DNA from: Haliotis cracherodii
Lineage: Eukaryota
Assembly: GCF_022045235.1 (NCBI RefSeq)
Contig: NW_027266275.1
Span: 26,350,001 to 26,414,000 of the forward strand
DNA: 64,000 nucleotides
Direction of reading: 5' to 3'
Part shown: in pieces, positions 11,701 to 22,932 of the stretch
Layout of the letters: each line of letters starts with the position of its first letter
Position numbering within the stretch: the first letter of the stretch is position 1
Translations under genes and position numbers: made by a program
The notes under the pieces: generated by a model
Database searches by the model: none
What the model was told of the DNA's origin: nothing
The model's input: only the letters and a program-made list of their open reading frames with translations

Positions 11701-14700
11701 CCAACACTCATGCCTACATCCACAGTGTCTTCGAGGGCCACCATGTTTTCCTCAACCTACAGACACAGAAGTTCTACTGTCTGCCTGACAACTATGAAAT
11801 TATCGACTCATCACTTGAAGATATTATTGTGAGTGACAAGGCTTATGTCTTTATCAAGTTTACGTACAAGTGCTTCGTGATTTTTGACCAGTGATTAATT
11901 ATTGATGTATATATATATATGGCTATAAACGTCCAGAGCATTTACAGATATATCCTCACCACCAAAAGATTTGTGAACCATAGAAACATATAGAGAAGTA
12001 TTACGTTCAGAAGAGATGTTTCCAATATAGTGGTTAAAGCATTCACTCAAAGACCTGGGTTCGATTCCCGACATGGGTACAATGTGTGAAGTCCATTTCT
12101 GGTGTCTCCCTGCTGTGATATTGCTGGAATATTGCTAAAAGCGGCGCAAAACCATACCCACTCACTCCAATTTGTACCAATTAATGACAAAACTAACAGT
12201 TGTTCAAGTGTTACCACAGAGTGACTGTATTCTTGTCACAATATGCTGCATGTGATTTCCAAACTTTACATGCTAATCCTGTACAGAACAAATGGTGCAT
12301 GTCAAGTCATGGATCTGTGATGTCACATGTGATGCGTTCATGAGCATCGGTTCACACAAGATACAGGGCGGTCGTGTAGCCTAGTGGTTAAAGTGTTTGC
12401 TCATCACGCCGAAGACCTGGGTTCGATTCCCAACATGGGTACAATGTGTGAAGCCCGTTTCTGGTGTCCCCCACCGTGATATTGCTGGAATATTGCTAAA
12501 AGCGGCGTAAAACCATACTCACTCACTCACTCACCATGCTCACTCACTTACTCACACAACATACAAGTGTGTTCTTTTGTGCATAGAACCAATCTAATAT
12601 CTCTTGATTACGAGTTAGTCTTCATACATTAACTAACATGTATGCTATTCATGTTTGTATTGGCTGTGAGTATATATATGATCCCAGAACAATATCAATA
12701 ATTTCACAAATAGTCATATAGGGTATATGTTCTGATGACTGATCACATGCTGATAGACACAGTTTAACTTCAAATTATAACAGTACATGTAACCATTATT
12801 ACATTTTACTTCATTATGAAAGGCTTGCTGACTTGGTTGATGTATGTCCCTGTATCCCAATTATGTGGATCAATGCTCATGATGTCAGTCACTAGATTGT
12901 CTGTTCCAGACTCGATTATTTTCAGAACGCCGTCTGGAATATTGCTGAGTGTGGCGTAAAACAACAAACAAACAAAATAAAACTTCATTATGAACTAAAC
13001 CTAATTAGGAAATCCAGATGCCAGTAATAAACAAAAATGACATTTAGTTTAGATTTCCTACATAAACAGGAGTTTGGGTTAACTCCAGTGTTTAAAGTGT
13101 TGGCTCATCACACCAAAGAACTGCTGCAGTCTAAATTATAAGAAATGGTACAATGTGTGGCACCCATTTCTGTGTCCCCTGCTGTGATAAGGCTACAAGC
13201 AGTGCACATGGTGTTAAACACTGCCCACTCTCTGAGTCCTACACTGGAGCTATGGAGGCAAGGAGCTTCATCAGTGCACAAGGTTCAAGAGTTCCTCACT
13301 TGATTCTGTTGCTCTTCACTTTCAGTATGTCCTCAACCCGACGTTCACGGACCTGGCTATCAAGAGACTTGACAGAAATCCCAAGATGTCCAGGGCATAC
13401 GATGGCACTACATACCTACCAGGTAGGGCTTGTAACTAAAATCAGTCCAATAAGACTTGCCATTATATTCAGCTGATCTTGCAAAACTTGGGGCGGTCGG
13501 GTAGCCTTGTGTTTAAAGAGTTCGCTCGTCATGCTGAAGACCTGGGTTTGATTCCTGACATGGGTACAATGTGTGAAGCCCATTTCTGGTGTCCCTCGCC
13601 ATGATATTGCTTGAATATTGCTAAATATTACTCACAGTCACTCATTCTTGAATTAAGAAATATAACGAAAAATTAAGGATTACTGACGTTAAATCTGCCG
13701 TTTTATGATGAAAAAGAACCCATATTCCCAAGAATGAATTTATCATATTTTTGTGCACTTTAAAAGACTTTCGTCTTTCATTGATGTATTGGTATATTGG
13801 ATATGTTTCAGGTTATACTGAAAGTTCCAATTATAAGCAGTAATGATATATCCTACTTGTGATTTCTTGCTTTTATCCAGTTGTTGTTTCATTGTGGATT
13901 ATGAGTGTGTTCTCTTTGCCAGGTATTGTTGGTCTGAACAACATCAAGGCCAATGATTACTGCAATGTGGTGCTGCAGGTATGTTGTCGTTTCATACGAG
14001 TTTGGTAAATATGTTAAGTATATGTAATTACAGTTTGATCCTCCGTTAACAATGTTTATAGTTATGTAAGACAGTCATGAATGCTGAGACAAGGGTGGAT
14101 GGGCAAATGTAGGATAGCTATGCAATAAATACACAAAGAACAATGAAGAACGAAGCATGGTTTATTTCATGATAAAATATTGTTCTCTCATGTCATTTCT
14201 AGAGATTCCAATATGCGCTCGCAACTTGATGACGTCATATTTGGACAACATTATGTTTGAGAGGGAAGTGTCGAGTAAGATGTTCCCCATAGATGTAGAT
14301 GGGCTGCGCAGATAAACGCAGTTGATGAACATTGTGGGAGAGATATGACAATCGGTATTATGAGAAAAGGCACAGATTATCGACGTTAGGATTGTGAGAA
14401 TATGCTGGAAATACCAAACTTAACCCACCTGTTTGTAAAAAGGGCTTTTGCAACATTTCCGAGGTCGGATTCTATTCAGGAAGTCATCATTATTTAAATC
14501 TGGGTAAATATTTTCAAAGCTTGTACATTTACATACTTAAAGAGGCTGTACATAATGTTGATATCTCATAGAAGAAATCAACAACTCATGGTCATTGTTT
14601 ATCAGGTTTATCCCACAATAAAACACTATTGCGCTTTTTTGGTCTTAAAAAATGTAGGGCAGTTTGAAAGCAGAATAGAAAACATGGTTATTGGTTAATG

Positions 14701-17700
14701 GCAATATATTGCAGTACATATTGCAATATAAACTTAACATGCTAAGTATTGCAATATAGCATGTATATTGCAGCACATAATTCCAGGCACTACACAGCCC
14801 TACCAAAATATATCCTTTAACTAATGCAGATGTTTTTCACCCTCCAGGCCTTGTCTCATGTGGTTCCACTGAGAAACTATTTTCTCCAGGAGGCTAGCTA
14901 CAAGAAAATCAAGCGCCCCCCTGGCGATCAGGCATTTCTGCTTGTTCAGAGATTTGGGGAGTTGCTACGGAAACTATGGAACCCCCGAAACTTCAAGGCC
15001 CATGTCAGTCCCCATGAGATGCTGCAGGCTGTAGTGTTGTGCAGTAAGAAGCGCTTCCAGATCACAGAACAAGGTTTGTGTGTGGCCCCTGACAAAAATG
15101 TACACCATGTACACCAGCCCCAATCTTTGGTGGATTTTTGCAGTTGACATAAGTCAGTGTTAGAATTTAATTATAAAGTCAAAGGGTGCTTGATTTAAGC
15201 TTAAAAAGATTTAAGGCATCCCTAGATTGAAGTACTGAAGGAACAAGACTTTAAGGACTTGACTGAGAGATATTTTACTTGACTCAGACTTGGGACGAGT
15301 GACCAAAGCCCCAGACACTAGTGGTATGGTGATATGGTATGACAGTATTGTAGTGTATTGGGATGCTGGACTGCCGATATTGGTTGGTTGGGTTGTTGTT
15401 TTACGCCGCACTCAGCAATATTCCAGCCATATGACGGCAGTCTGTAAACAATCGAGTCTGGACCAAACAATCCAGTGATCGATAATAGCATCGATCCATG
15501 CAATTGGGATCGATGACATGCTTCAACCAAGTCAGCGAGCCTGACCACCCGATCCCGTTAGCCACCTCTTATTGTTCAGTCTTATGAATAATGCACAGAT
15601 GTGCAACACCTCATATATTGGAACTTGGACATGTGTCGCTGTTGTGAGGTTATGCGACATTTGACTCTTGGGGCAGCACACGACCATATGCCAATTACAA
15701 GTTACCTGAAACAGCATAGAAGTAGAATTATTTAACTGATCAATTTATGGAAGTCCATAGACTGGACCTGAGAGGGTAAAAAATATTGAATACCCAAATA
15801 AAAATATCAGTTAAATACCCAATGTAAAGATAACATGTGAGTAAATATCCAGTGGCAAATAACATTACCTGGAGCCTTGTCTTCGCAAGCTCCCACGTTC
15901 ATACAGTTTGACCCTCAATCTATGAAGGTTCATACTCCAATGAACTGACACAAGACCCGTGAAGATTCCGGGATAGAATAGGTCTTCAGCAACCCATACT
16001 TGCCGTAAAAGACGACTATGGTTGCTGTAAAAGGCGACTAACGGGATCGGGTGGTCAGGCTCGCTGACTTGGTTGATGCATGTCATCGATCCCAATTGCG
16101 TGGATCGATGCTCATGATATTAATCACTGGATTGTCAGGTCCAGACTCGATTATTTACAGACCGCCGTCATATAGCTGGAATATTTAAACGTTAATTTAA
16201 GCGTTAAACAACAAACCAACCAACCAACCAACTGACACAAAGTGAAAGTCAATTCTTAGTGAGAGAACTGATCAGTTCAGAAGCCTGATCAGAAGCCTGT
16301 TTTGTGTGATATGAAGAACAGTGTTCTGTCTGATGTAGGTGACCCAGTGGACTTCCTGTCATGGCTGCTGAATGCTCTACACACTGCAATGAACGGAACT
16401 CGGAAGCTGAACAGCAGCATCATCAACAAGACATTCCGGGGCAAGATGCGAGTTTACGCCAGGAAGATGCCACCTATTGATATGGTGAGACCATTCAAAC
16501 ACAGGTCTTCCTGTCAGTGTTGACAGATCTATATTGAGACATGTAACATGCACAGCTTTCAGATCTTCTCTGTATAGCATGTTAGGAAAACATATCGAAC
16601 AGGTCCACTGGTAGCAACTGCTATCTTTGCCAGGGGTGATGGTGTAGCTAGTTTTAGAACGCAGCCAGAACTTGGTTCACCGACCCAATTTATTTAAGGA
16701 TAAATTACACCCATTTCTGTGATGATTTCCACACGTTTTTTGTTTGTAATGACAAGTACACACCTTGTGGTTGACACAGTAATTAGGACTAAATTGCATC
16801 AAAAAAATATTTAAATGTATTTGAAGAAATCAGCCTGTTGTGCCTACCATTGGTCAGTCATGATTCCAACATTATCATCCTTCTCCATCTAATCATCATA
16901 ATATATTGCAACACATAGGTAGGCACCTATGAAGTAAAGCAAATTAGGAAAAAATAGTTGTCTTTTTCAAAATTGGGGCTTTTTAAAGTTTGTATTTTGC
17001 TAAATTAAGATTAACATTGGTATTTTAACATTGAACGTAAAACATAGTATTAAACCCTCCTTCTCTTTTAGGGCCGGGACAGGTAACTCGAGTACTTGGG
17101 TCGGGTGGGTACTGAGAAGGACCCGGGTACCCACAGGACAACCTGTGATATATTGTTTAATGACAAAACTTATCAAGAACTTCATGGTTACACAACAACT
17201 CACTAATGTTCGCATTTCTTTCTGACTATGCACGCATTCCTTCTGACTTTTATATGTTTGAATAAAGATAAAACTTAAGTTAACTTCAGTGTATGCATGC
17301 CCAGATTATTTTATGCGAGTATCTAAATAAATTTTGCCAGGGCTACAGTGAAACTATGCCCAATCGGACAATTTGTACCTATCTCCTGAGACCTACAGCG
17401 GATACCTGGGTAGGGTCGGGTAATAGGGTGAAGGGTACCCAGGTAGTAAATTCGGACTCGTCCCAGACATATTCTCTTTATTGATGCTGTTATCAGTGAT
17501 ATACAATCACATCTACATGGCCATCATATTAGTTGTGACTGTAACAGCATGAATTTGTCAATGTGTAATTCCAATTGTTGACTGACACTTGCTGCATGGA
17601 ATGGACTTGGTGTGGAATAACAGCCTCTGGCACGTCTGGGTAAATCCCTGCTCTTATCCCTGACTGTTGTGTTATAGTGACCCAATGACAAGCAGTGTTG

Positions 17701-20700
17701 ATTATGCTATCAACCCCAAGTGTGGCCTAGACTTGATTATTTGAAAGCTGCCTTGTTATGGTTGGAATATTGCTAACAACATTCACTCACTCCTCACTCG
17801 AACTGTAAAGATCCGCGTTCGAATAGGTCTTCAGCGACCCATGCTTGCACTGAAAGTTGACTATGCTTGTAAGAGGTGACAAATGGGATTGGGTGGTTAA
17901 GCTCACTGACTGGTTGATGGATGTCATCATATCCAAATTACATGGATCGATGTTCATGATGTCAATCACTGGATTGTCTGGTCCAGATTCAATTACTTAC
18001 AGACCGGAATATTTCTGAGTGTGGCATTAAACAACAAGCAAAAAACAAACACTCCTCCCTCACCTGTGTCCAGACTGATTATACATTGAATGATGTGTAG
18101 ATGTGTAGACAGCTGCTGTGATACACTCCACTCCACGCAGGGCGTTTAACATTAAGCCATGTGTCCAGGAAGTGAGTGTTGAGCAGCAAGAACAAATGTT
18201 TTGAGATTAGGGACTTTTGATTCGCTGGTCTTATACCTTCATCATTTTGTTTTACAGAAAGAAGAAGAAAAGGAAGCACTAATGCTGACAGAGGATTACA
18301 TGGGTATGTAGTTAAACACTGTGCAGTATCTGGATCACTTGGACAGTTTGGGTATAATGGAAATAGACCACAGCTCAGTCTGGATGAGTGTTCCAAGTAA
18401 CACCTTCAAGTTTGTGACTATGACATCACAGATTGTCCCATCCTAGTGGGAACTCCCTGGTTAAATTTTGGCTGCAGATTCCCTGAAATGGTATACGTTT
18501 AAAAGCCCACTCATATTTCGGCCACTCTTGAATGTTTTTCCAATACTATTCAAACATGGCATCCTACCCTATTCACTTCCAATATATGGCTGGAATGTTG
18601 CTGAANNNNNNNNNNNNNNNNNNNNNNNNNNNNNNNNNNNNNNNNNNNNNNNNNNNNNNNNNNNNNNNNNNNNNNNNNNNNNNNNNNNNNNNNNNNNNNN
18701 NNNNNNNNNNNNNNNNNNNNNNNNNNNNNNNNNNNNNNNNNNNNCAGTAAATGAGAATAAGTTTTCCAGTGGTGCCACAATTTGCTGTGAAGAATTGTGT
18801 CCCCTTAGCTGTGTCAGAATCTGCTTGTTTTTGATTGAATCATGTTTGGCTGTGATCTGGCTGTGTCTGCAGCCTAACTTGGGCTGTGGGGTTTCACAGA
18901 GTAATATTCACATTGTCCAAAACTTATGTAACTCGGGGATTTTCTCACACATTAAGCTCAACCTTGCTGTAGCAGAAATAAGGTTTAAAGCTGCAATAAA
19001 CACAACTCCCTTCCTCACTGATTCTTCCCTCTGTAGAGACGATGGAAGAGATGCCGTGGTTGTACCTGACCTGTGACCTGCCGTCACCGCCGCTGTACCC
19101 AGATGAGTTGAAGGAGAACATCATCCCTCAAGTGCCCTTTGCAACCATCTTGTCCAAGTTCAATGGCGTGTCGGAGAAAGAGTACAAGACCCATAAGGAC
19201 AGCACCATGAAGAGATTTGAGCTGACTCGACTGCCGCCATATATCATCATATACATAAAGGTGAGATTCTGTAGCTCTGTAACAAATGTTATATTTGGGA
19301 TAAAACTTTCTTAGTAACATAAATGGCATTGTGTGTTCATAGCTTTCGGCCATGGGATCCATGCCAATTTACACTTGTCAGAGGGGTACACAAAGTATGT
19401 GATCTAGACTACCAGTTGTCAGACTTTCATTTTTGTGGAAGTCTTGGTGGCTGAGTGGGTTAGATCGCCGACTTTGTGTGCTGGCGATTTGGTGCCTCAC
19501 TCTGGCAGTGTGGGTTCGAATCCAAAACCCAAAAAAGTATGAGAATCTATACTTAACTTAGAAAGTGCTATCCCAAATATAACATTTGTTACAGTTGACC
19601 ACTTTCTAAATTGCATTGTGTGTTCAGTAGCTATGTTGAGACGGGGGTTGGCTGTGTCATGCAATGTCACAGTAATATCATAAGTGTGTGTTCAGCTGGT
19701 ATCTCTGTTAATGTAAGAATAGATCATGGAGAAATCCAGGCTTTTGAAGGAAGACTTTGCTCAATGTTCCAGTGTCTATTTTCTGTCTTAAATCTAGATT
19801 TGAAACTAAGATCATATGGTTGGCAATCAAACAAAGTGATTGTGAACAGGTTGAATTAAGCTTGTCTAGATTGCTAATCACTGGTTGCTCATTATAACGA
19901 CCATTGGCTGAGCTGGCCTGTCATCAGTCATATACAGGCTGCTGTCGTATATCTGGAATGTTGCTCACTGAGGTGTACAGCAACAATCAACAATGTATCC
20001 TCACAGGGCAGTATCATGCACAATCGCAGGCTTCAAGCGTGGGACGTCCTTTGAAGGGTTGCTGTAGGTATGATACATGTGCATTGTCTGCAGCATAAAC
20101 CCTCGCTACACCTGCTGGCTCCTTTTACTTTAGATATTAATAAGACTTTTTGTTTTATTTGCAGAGATTTACAAAGAACTATTTTGTAAGAGAAAAGAAT
20201 CCCACTATTGTGAATTTTCCTATCAAGTAAGTTTGATCTTCATTTCTGTTTTGAATATTACTATATGATCATGTTGATGACTTTTGATTTGGTTATTCCT
20301 TAGAGTTAGGTCAGTCTGGGAAATATTGACATGGTGGTATTTTGAGCACTCCTGTGAAGATGAGTGACATGTATACAAATGTTTATTATAATACCTTTAG
20401 CAATAATTAAAACATTGGCTGTTTCAAACAATTTGTGGTATAATCTTTGCAATTTCTTTATTAAAAACTTATGACACCTTTGTTGTTTAAATTTAGATTT
20501 AATTAGTGCAGATTCATAACTTAAGTTTACCAGCATCAGACACCATTGTGTAGGATTCTTCTGGAAGTTCTTGATGAAGGTCATGGGACTGATGTACTTG
20601 TTTCTGAAGGAACATCGACTTTGGCGACATGCTGTCCACTGAGGTGCGAGCCCAGCACAAGCACACATCGTATGATCTGGTAGCCAACGTAGTCCACGAC

Positions 20701-21907
20701 GGGGAGCCTGGAGCAGGCAAGGGCACATACAGGGGGCACATCCTCCACAAGGTAACACACTCAGCTGTCTACAGCTGTTTGGTAGCTCCATGCTGGAGTC
20801 ATATCTGAATCAGTGTGTGCATTCCGAGAATATTTCCTCTTGAATGACTAAATTGGTGATTTTGTTAGGTCAGGCTTTTCTGTCATCATTCTCTGATTGG
20901 GTGAATCATCACTCATGCTTTCAGTTACTGCTTATTACTTACCCTCCGTGAAGATTCCGGGGTGGAATAGGTCTTCAGCAACCCATGCCTGCTGTAAAAG
21001 GCAACTATGCTTGTCGTTAGAGGCAACTGACGAGATTGGGTGGTCATGCTCGCTGACTTGATTGCATCGTCCCAGGTCAAGGCAGTTAACTGACTATAAA
21101 AGACCAGTTTCCACCCTTGCCGAACTAGGCTGGAATTATGGAGTTATGATTTGGCTGGTCTAACGAGTCTATGCATAGTCAAATCAAATCCTGTAACAAA
21201 AACGACATCTGGTTCATAAACAACATGGCAACTGCAGTGCCGAATTCGTTTGATTGCAGGATTTGCAGAGCATGTGTACATCAACTGGGCATTGACACCT
21301 ATTTTTCAATTATTTTGATGTTTTTTATCATGGTCATCAAGTGATTTGATGCACTTCGTGAGGTAAAACACATTTTATCATGTGTGTATTTCTGACCCCA
21401 GGGAGGTATACACGTGTGTATTCCTGACCTCAAAGAGGTGTACATGTGTGTATTTCTGACCCCAGGGAGGTATACATGTGTGTATTTGTCACCATGGTGA
21501 CCCTGAAGATTCTTGTGTTTTGTGTTGCAGGGTTCTGGGAAGTGGTATGAGCTCCAGGATCTCCATGTAGCTGACATCCTCCCCCAGATGATCACGCTGT
21601 CTGAGAGCTACATCCAGGTGAGAGATGCCCCCACCCCATCCTGTCAAGCTGAAATGCAAAATGAATGTACACTTATTTGTTGAGCTGGTGTAATAAATAA
21701 CACAGAGGGGAGAAGCAGATTTAGTGTTTTGTGGGTCTTCTTTGGGACTAATTCAAGATCATGTTTAAGATTACTGTCTTCATTTTTCAGATTTTTGAGG
21801 TTCGTCGAGACATCGTGAACCCCTTCTACAGTAGTGATGGAACTAAACAGGAGAATATGGACACAGAGGTGCTGGATGCTACCAAGGACAAACCTAATGA
21901 ATCATGA
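5688..21907 (+). CDS. USP39: U4/U6.U5 tri-snRNP-associated protein 2 (USP39/Sad1), 14 exons, 528 aa; join(5688..5775,8468..8531,9359..9453,11692..11828,13326..13422,13923..13978,14848..15073,16339..16484,18258..18303,19037..19260,20165..20226,20610..20751,21531..21617,21791..21907)
   Basis: ZnF-UBP motif CPYLDTINRSLLDFDFEKLCSVSLSHINVYACLVCGKYFQG, plus GIVGLNNIKANDY, KLWNPRNFKAHVSPHEMLQAV, EKNPTIVNFP, KWYELQDLHVADILPQMITLSESYIQI. Exon lengths sum to 1587 nt with no internal stop. Confidence 0.97.
8468..8531 (+). CDS. USP39: USP39 exon 2
   Basis: PVKEPKIDKSRSCPYLDTINR. Confidence 0.93.
8765..9177 (+). mobile_element. Family B interrupted by a MITE
   Basis: Two halves flank 8894-9074. Confidence 0.75.
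8894..9074. mobile_element. 181-bp MITE nested in a SINE
   Basis: 22-bp imperfect TIR (18/22) and ATCAA direct repeat on both sides; interrupts a family-B copy. Confidence 0.75.
9359..9453 (+). CDS. USP39: USP39 exon 3
   Basis: SLLDFDFEKLCSVSLSHINVYACLVCGKYFQG. Confidence 0.96.
10632..11648. mobile_element. hAT-like MITE containing a nested TTAA-flanked element
   Basis: TIR tagggctggc/gccagcccta with tatgaat direct repeat. Confidence 0.75.
10818..11471. mobile_element. Non-autonomous TTAA-TSD element (Kolobok-like termini)
   Basis: ttaa|agggcaagttcacacg...cgtgtacacttcccct|ttaa; internal inverted repeat ~11011-11041/11246-11278. Confidence 0.75.
11692..11828 (+). CDS. USP39: USP39 exon 4
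   Basis: RGPNTHAYIHSVFEGHHVFLNLQTQKFYCLPDNYEIIDSSLEDII. Confidence 0.96.
12028..12168 (+). mobile_element. SINE family A (5'-truncated)
   Basis: ggttcgattccc...gcggcgcaaaaccatacccactcact. Confidence 0.8.
12366..12553 (+). mobile_element. SINE family A
   Basis: gtagcctagtggtt (A box), ggttcgattccc (B box), (actc)n tail, TSD cacacaa(g/c)ataca. Confidence 0.9.
12821..12981 (+). mobile_element. Family B, 5'-truncated
   Basis: 13-bp TSD acttcattatgaa. Confidence 0.85.
13326..13422 (+). CDS. USP39: USP39 exon 5
   Basis: YVLNPTFTDLAIKRLDRNPKMSRAYDGTTYLP. Confidence 0.96.
13489..13645 (+). mobile_element. SINE family A
   Basis: Same head and body. Confidence 0.85.
13923..13978 (+). CDS. USP39: USP39 exon 6 (degenerate Cys box)
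   Basis: GIVGLNNIKANDYCNVVLQ. Confidence 0.96.
14848..15073 (+). CDS. USP39: USP39 exon 7
   Basis: ALSHVVPLRNYFL...KKRFQITEQ. Confidence 0.96.
15381..15570 (-). mobile_element. Family B, 5'-truncated
   Basis: Reverse-strand copy. Confidence 0.85.
15954..16229 (+). mobile_element. Family B, full length
   Basis: Starts gacccgtgaagat; TSD aactgacacaa. Confidence 0.9.
16339..16484 (+). CDS. USP39: USP39 exon 8
   Basis: GDPVDFLSWLLNALH...RKMPPIDM. Confidence 0.95.
17069..17471. mobile_element. hAT-like MITE
   Basis: Perfect 8-bp TSD ttctcttt; imperfect TIR tagggccgggac/gtcccagacata. Confidence 0.75.
17801..18050 (+). mobile_element. Family B (diverged)
   Basis: Same body. Confidence 0.8.
18258..18303 (+). 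CDS. USP39: USP39 exon 9
   Basis: KEEEKEALMLTEDYM; phases 0/1 bridge exons 8 and 10. Confidence 0.88.
18606..18744. other. Assembly gap (N run)
   Basis: Ns. Confidence 1.
19037..19260 (+). CDS. USP39: USP39 exon 10
   Basis: ETMEEMPWLYLTCDLPSPPLYPDELKENIIPQVP...LPPYIIIYIK. Confidence 0.96.
20165..20226 (+). CDS. USP39: USP39 exon 11
   Basis: RFTKNYFVREKNPTIVNFPIK. Confidence 0.96.
20610..20751 (+). CDS. USP39: USP39 exon 12
   Basis: NIDFGDML...YDLVANVVHDGEPGAGKGTYRGHILHK. Confidence 0.95.
21379..21488. repeat. ~32-bp tandem repeat, ~3 units
   Basis: tgtgtgtatttctgaccccagggaggtataca repeated. Confidence 0.8.
21531..21617 (+). CDS. USP39: USP39 exon 13
   Basis: GSGKWYELQDLHVADILPQMITLSESYIQ. 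Confidence 0.96.
21791..21907 (+). CDS. USP39: USP39 exon 14 (stop)
   Basis: ttttcag|IFEVRRDIVNPFY...KPNES*. Confidence 0.9.
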   Translation: MFEVRRDIVNPFYSSDGTKQENMDTEVLDATKDKPNES

Positions 21908-22932
21908 TGACTGCTGGATGCTGTGAGGAATGGAAGTGTTTTTGCCAGTGTGTAGGGACAGGACAGGACAGTGCTTGCACTGGTGTAAAAAAAAATAATC
22001 TTGACCTGAGAAACAAGGAGAGGTTGCAGCTGTAAGATTGATAAGATTGTTGACAATAGTGATCAGATTGTAGACAATTTGGGAAATGTTGTCAGACACA
22101 TGAAAAAAGAGATGGCTTGCTGTCTGTCGCACAACAAAGGATACTGGTAGGTAGCTTCATATCCAATGAATCAATTATCATGACAGTGTCCTGTGAGGAA
22201 TCTGAGATAGAGTCCATTACCTAAAGCTTCTCACCTCAAGGAACCAATGTGACTTTCATGTCTTTTTGTTATGTTATTAACATTGATGGCCTGATCCAGT
22301 TTGGAATTTCCTCCCATGCAGAATGAAATACTTCATCAAAGAGATGTTTAGATCCAACCCTCTCTTTCATTTACTGTGTTTAGCTGAAAGTGTCTATTCA
22401 CAGTAATATGAATTGGATTTCATTGTAGCAGACTGCCATATTGTACCTTGTTATAGTTCAGATATGTTGTTGAATGTTGACATATACATTTGCAAAAGAC
22501 AATAGAAAAATAAGGCATTGTAAGATAATCTATAAATTAACATTTATGTAACTTTCCTTGTAGTCACTTTCGATGGTCTGTATTGGGTGGGTCATCGTGT
22601 TTCATGTGTTTTTTCACATGTGGATTCAGGGTCAGAATGAGACCCCATACCCCTATAATTGTCCTGTGAGGCAACTACTTGGATCGGGTTGTCAGAATCA
22701 CTGTCTTGTTTGATTGCATGTCATTGCGCCCCGATGACGTGGATTTATCACTGGAAGATTTCTGAGGTTGGCTTTATGCAACGAACGAACAAACATCATG
22801 CATGTTTATCATCTTGTTTATTCTTTTGTCCAAATGACAAAATTGTTTACCTGTAATGAGCTACCATACTTGCTATGTTGATGAATTGACTTGGTAGATT
22901 TGCTGACCTTGGGCCATGCTGGGACCTGCTAG

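Noticed and set aside
18468-19076. 202-aa ORF and neighbours spanning N runs
   Set aside because: Artefacts of translating through the assembly gap.
19441-19524. tRNA-like sequence (GGTGGCTGAGTGG...GGTTCGAATCC)
   Set aside because: A/B boxes are present, but there is no complete acceptor stem or clean cloverleaf. Probably a SINE head or tRNA pseudogene; the same applies to all family-A heads.
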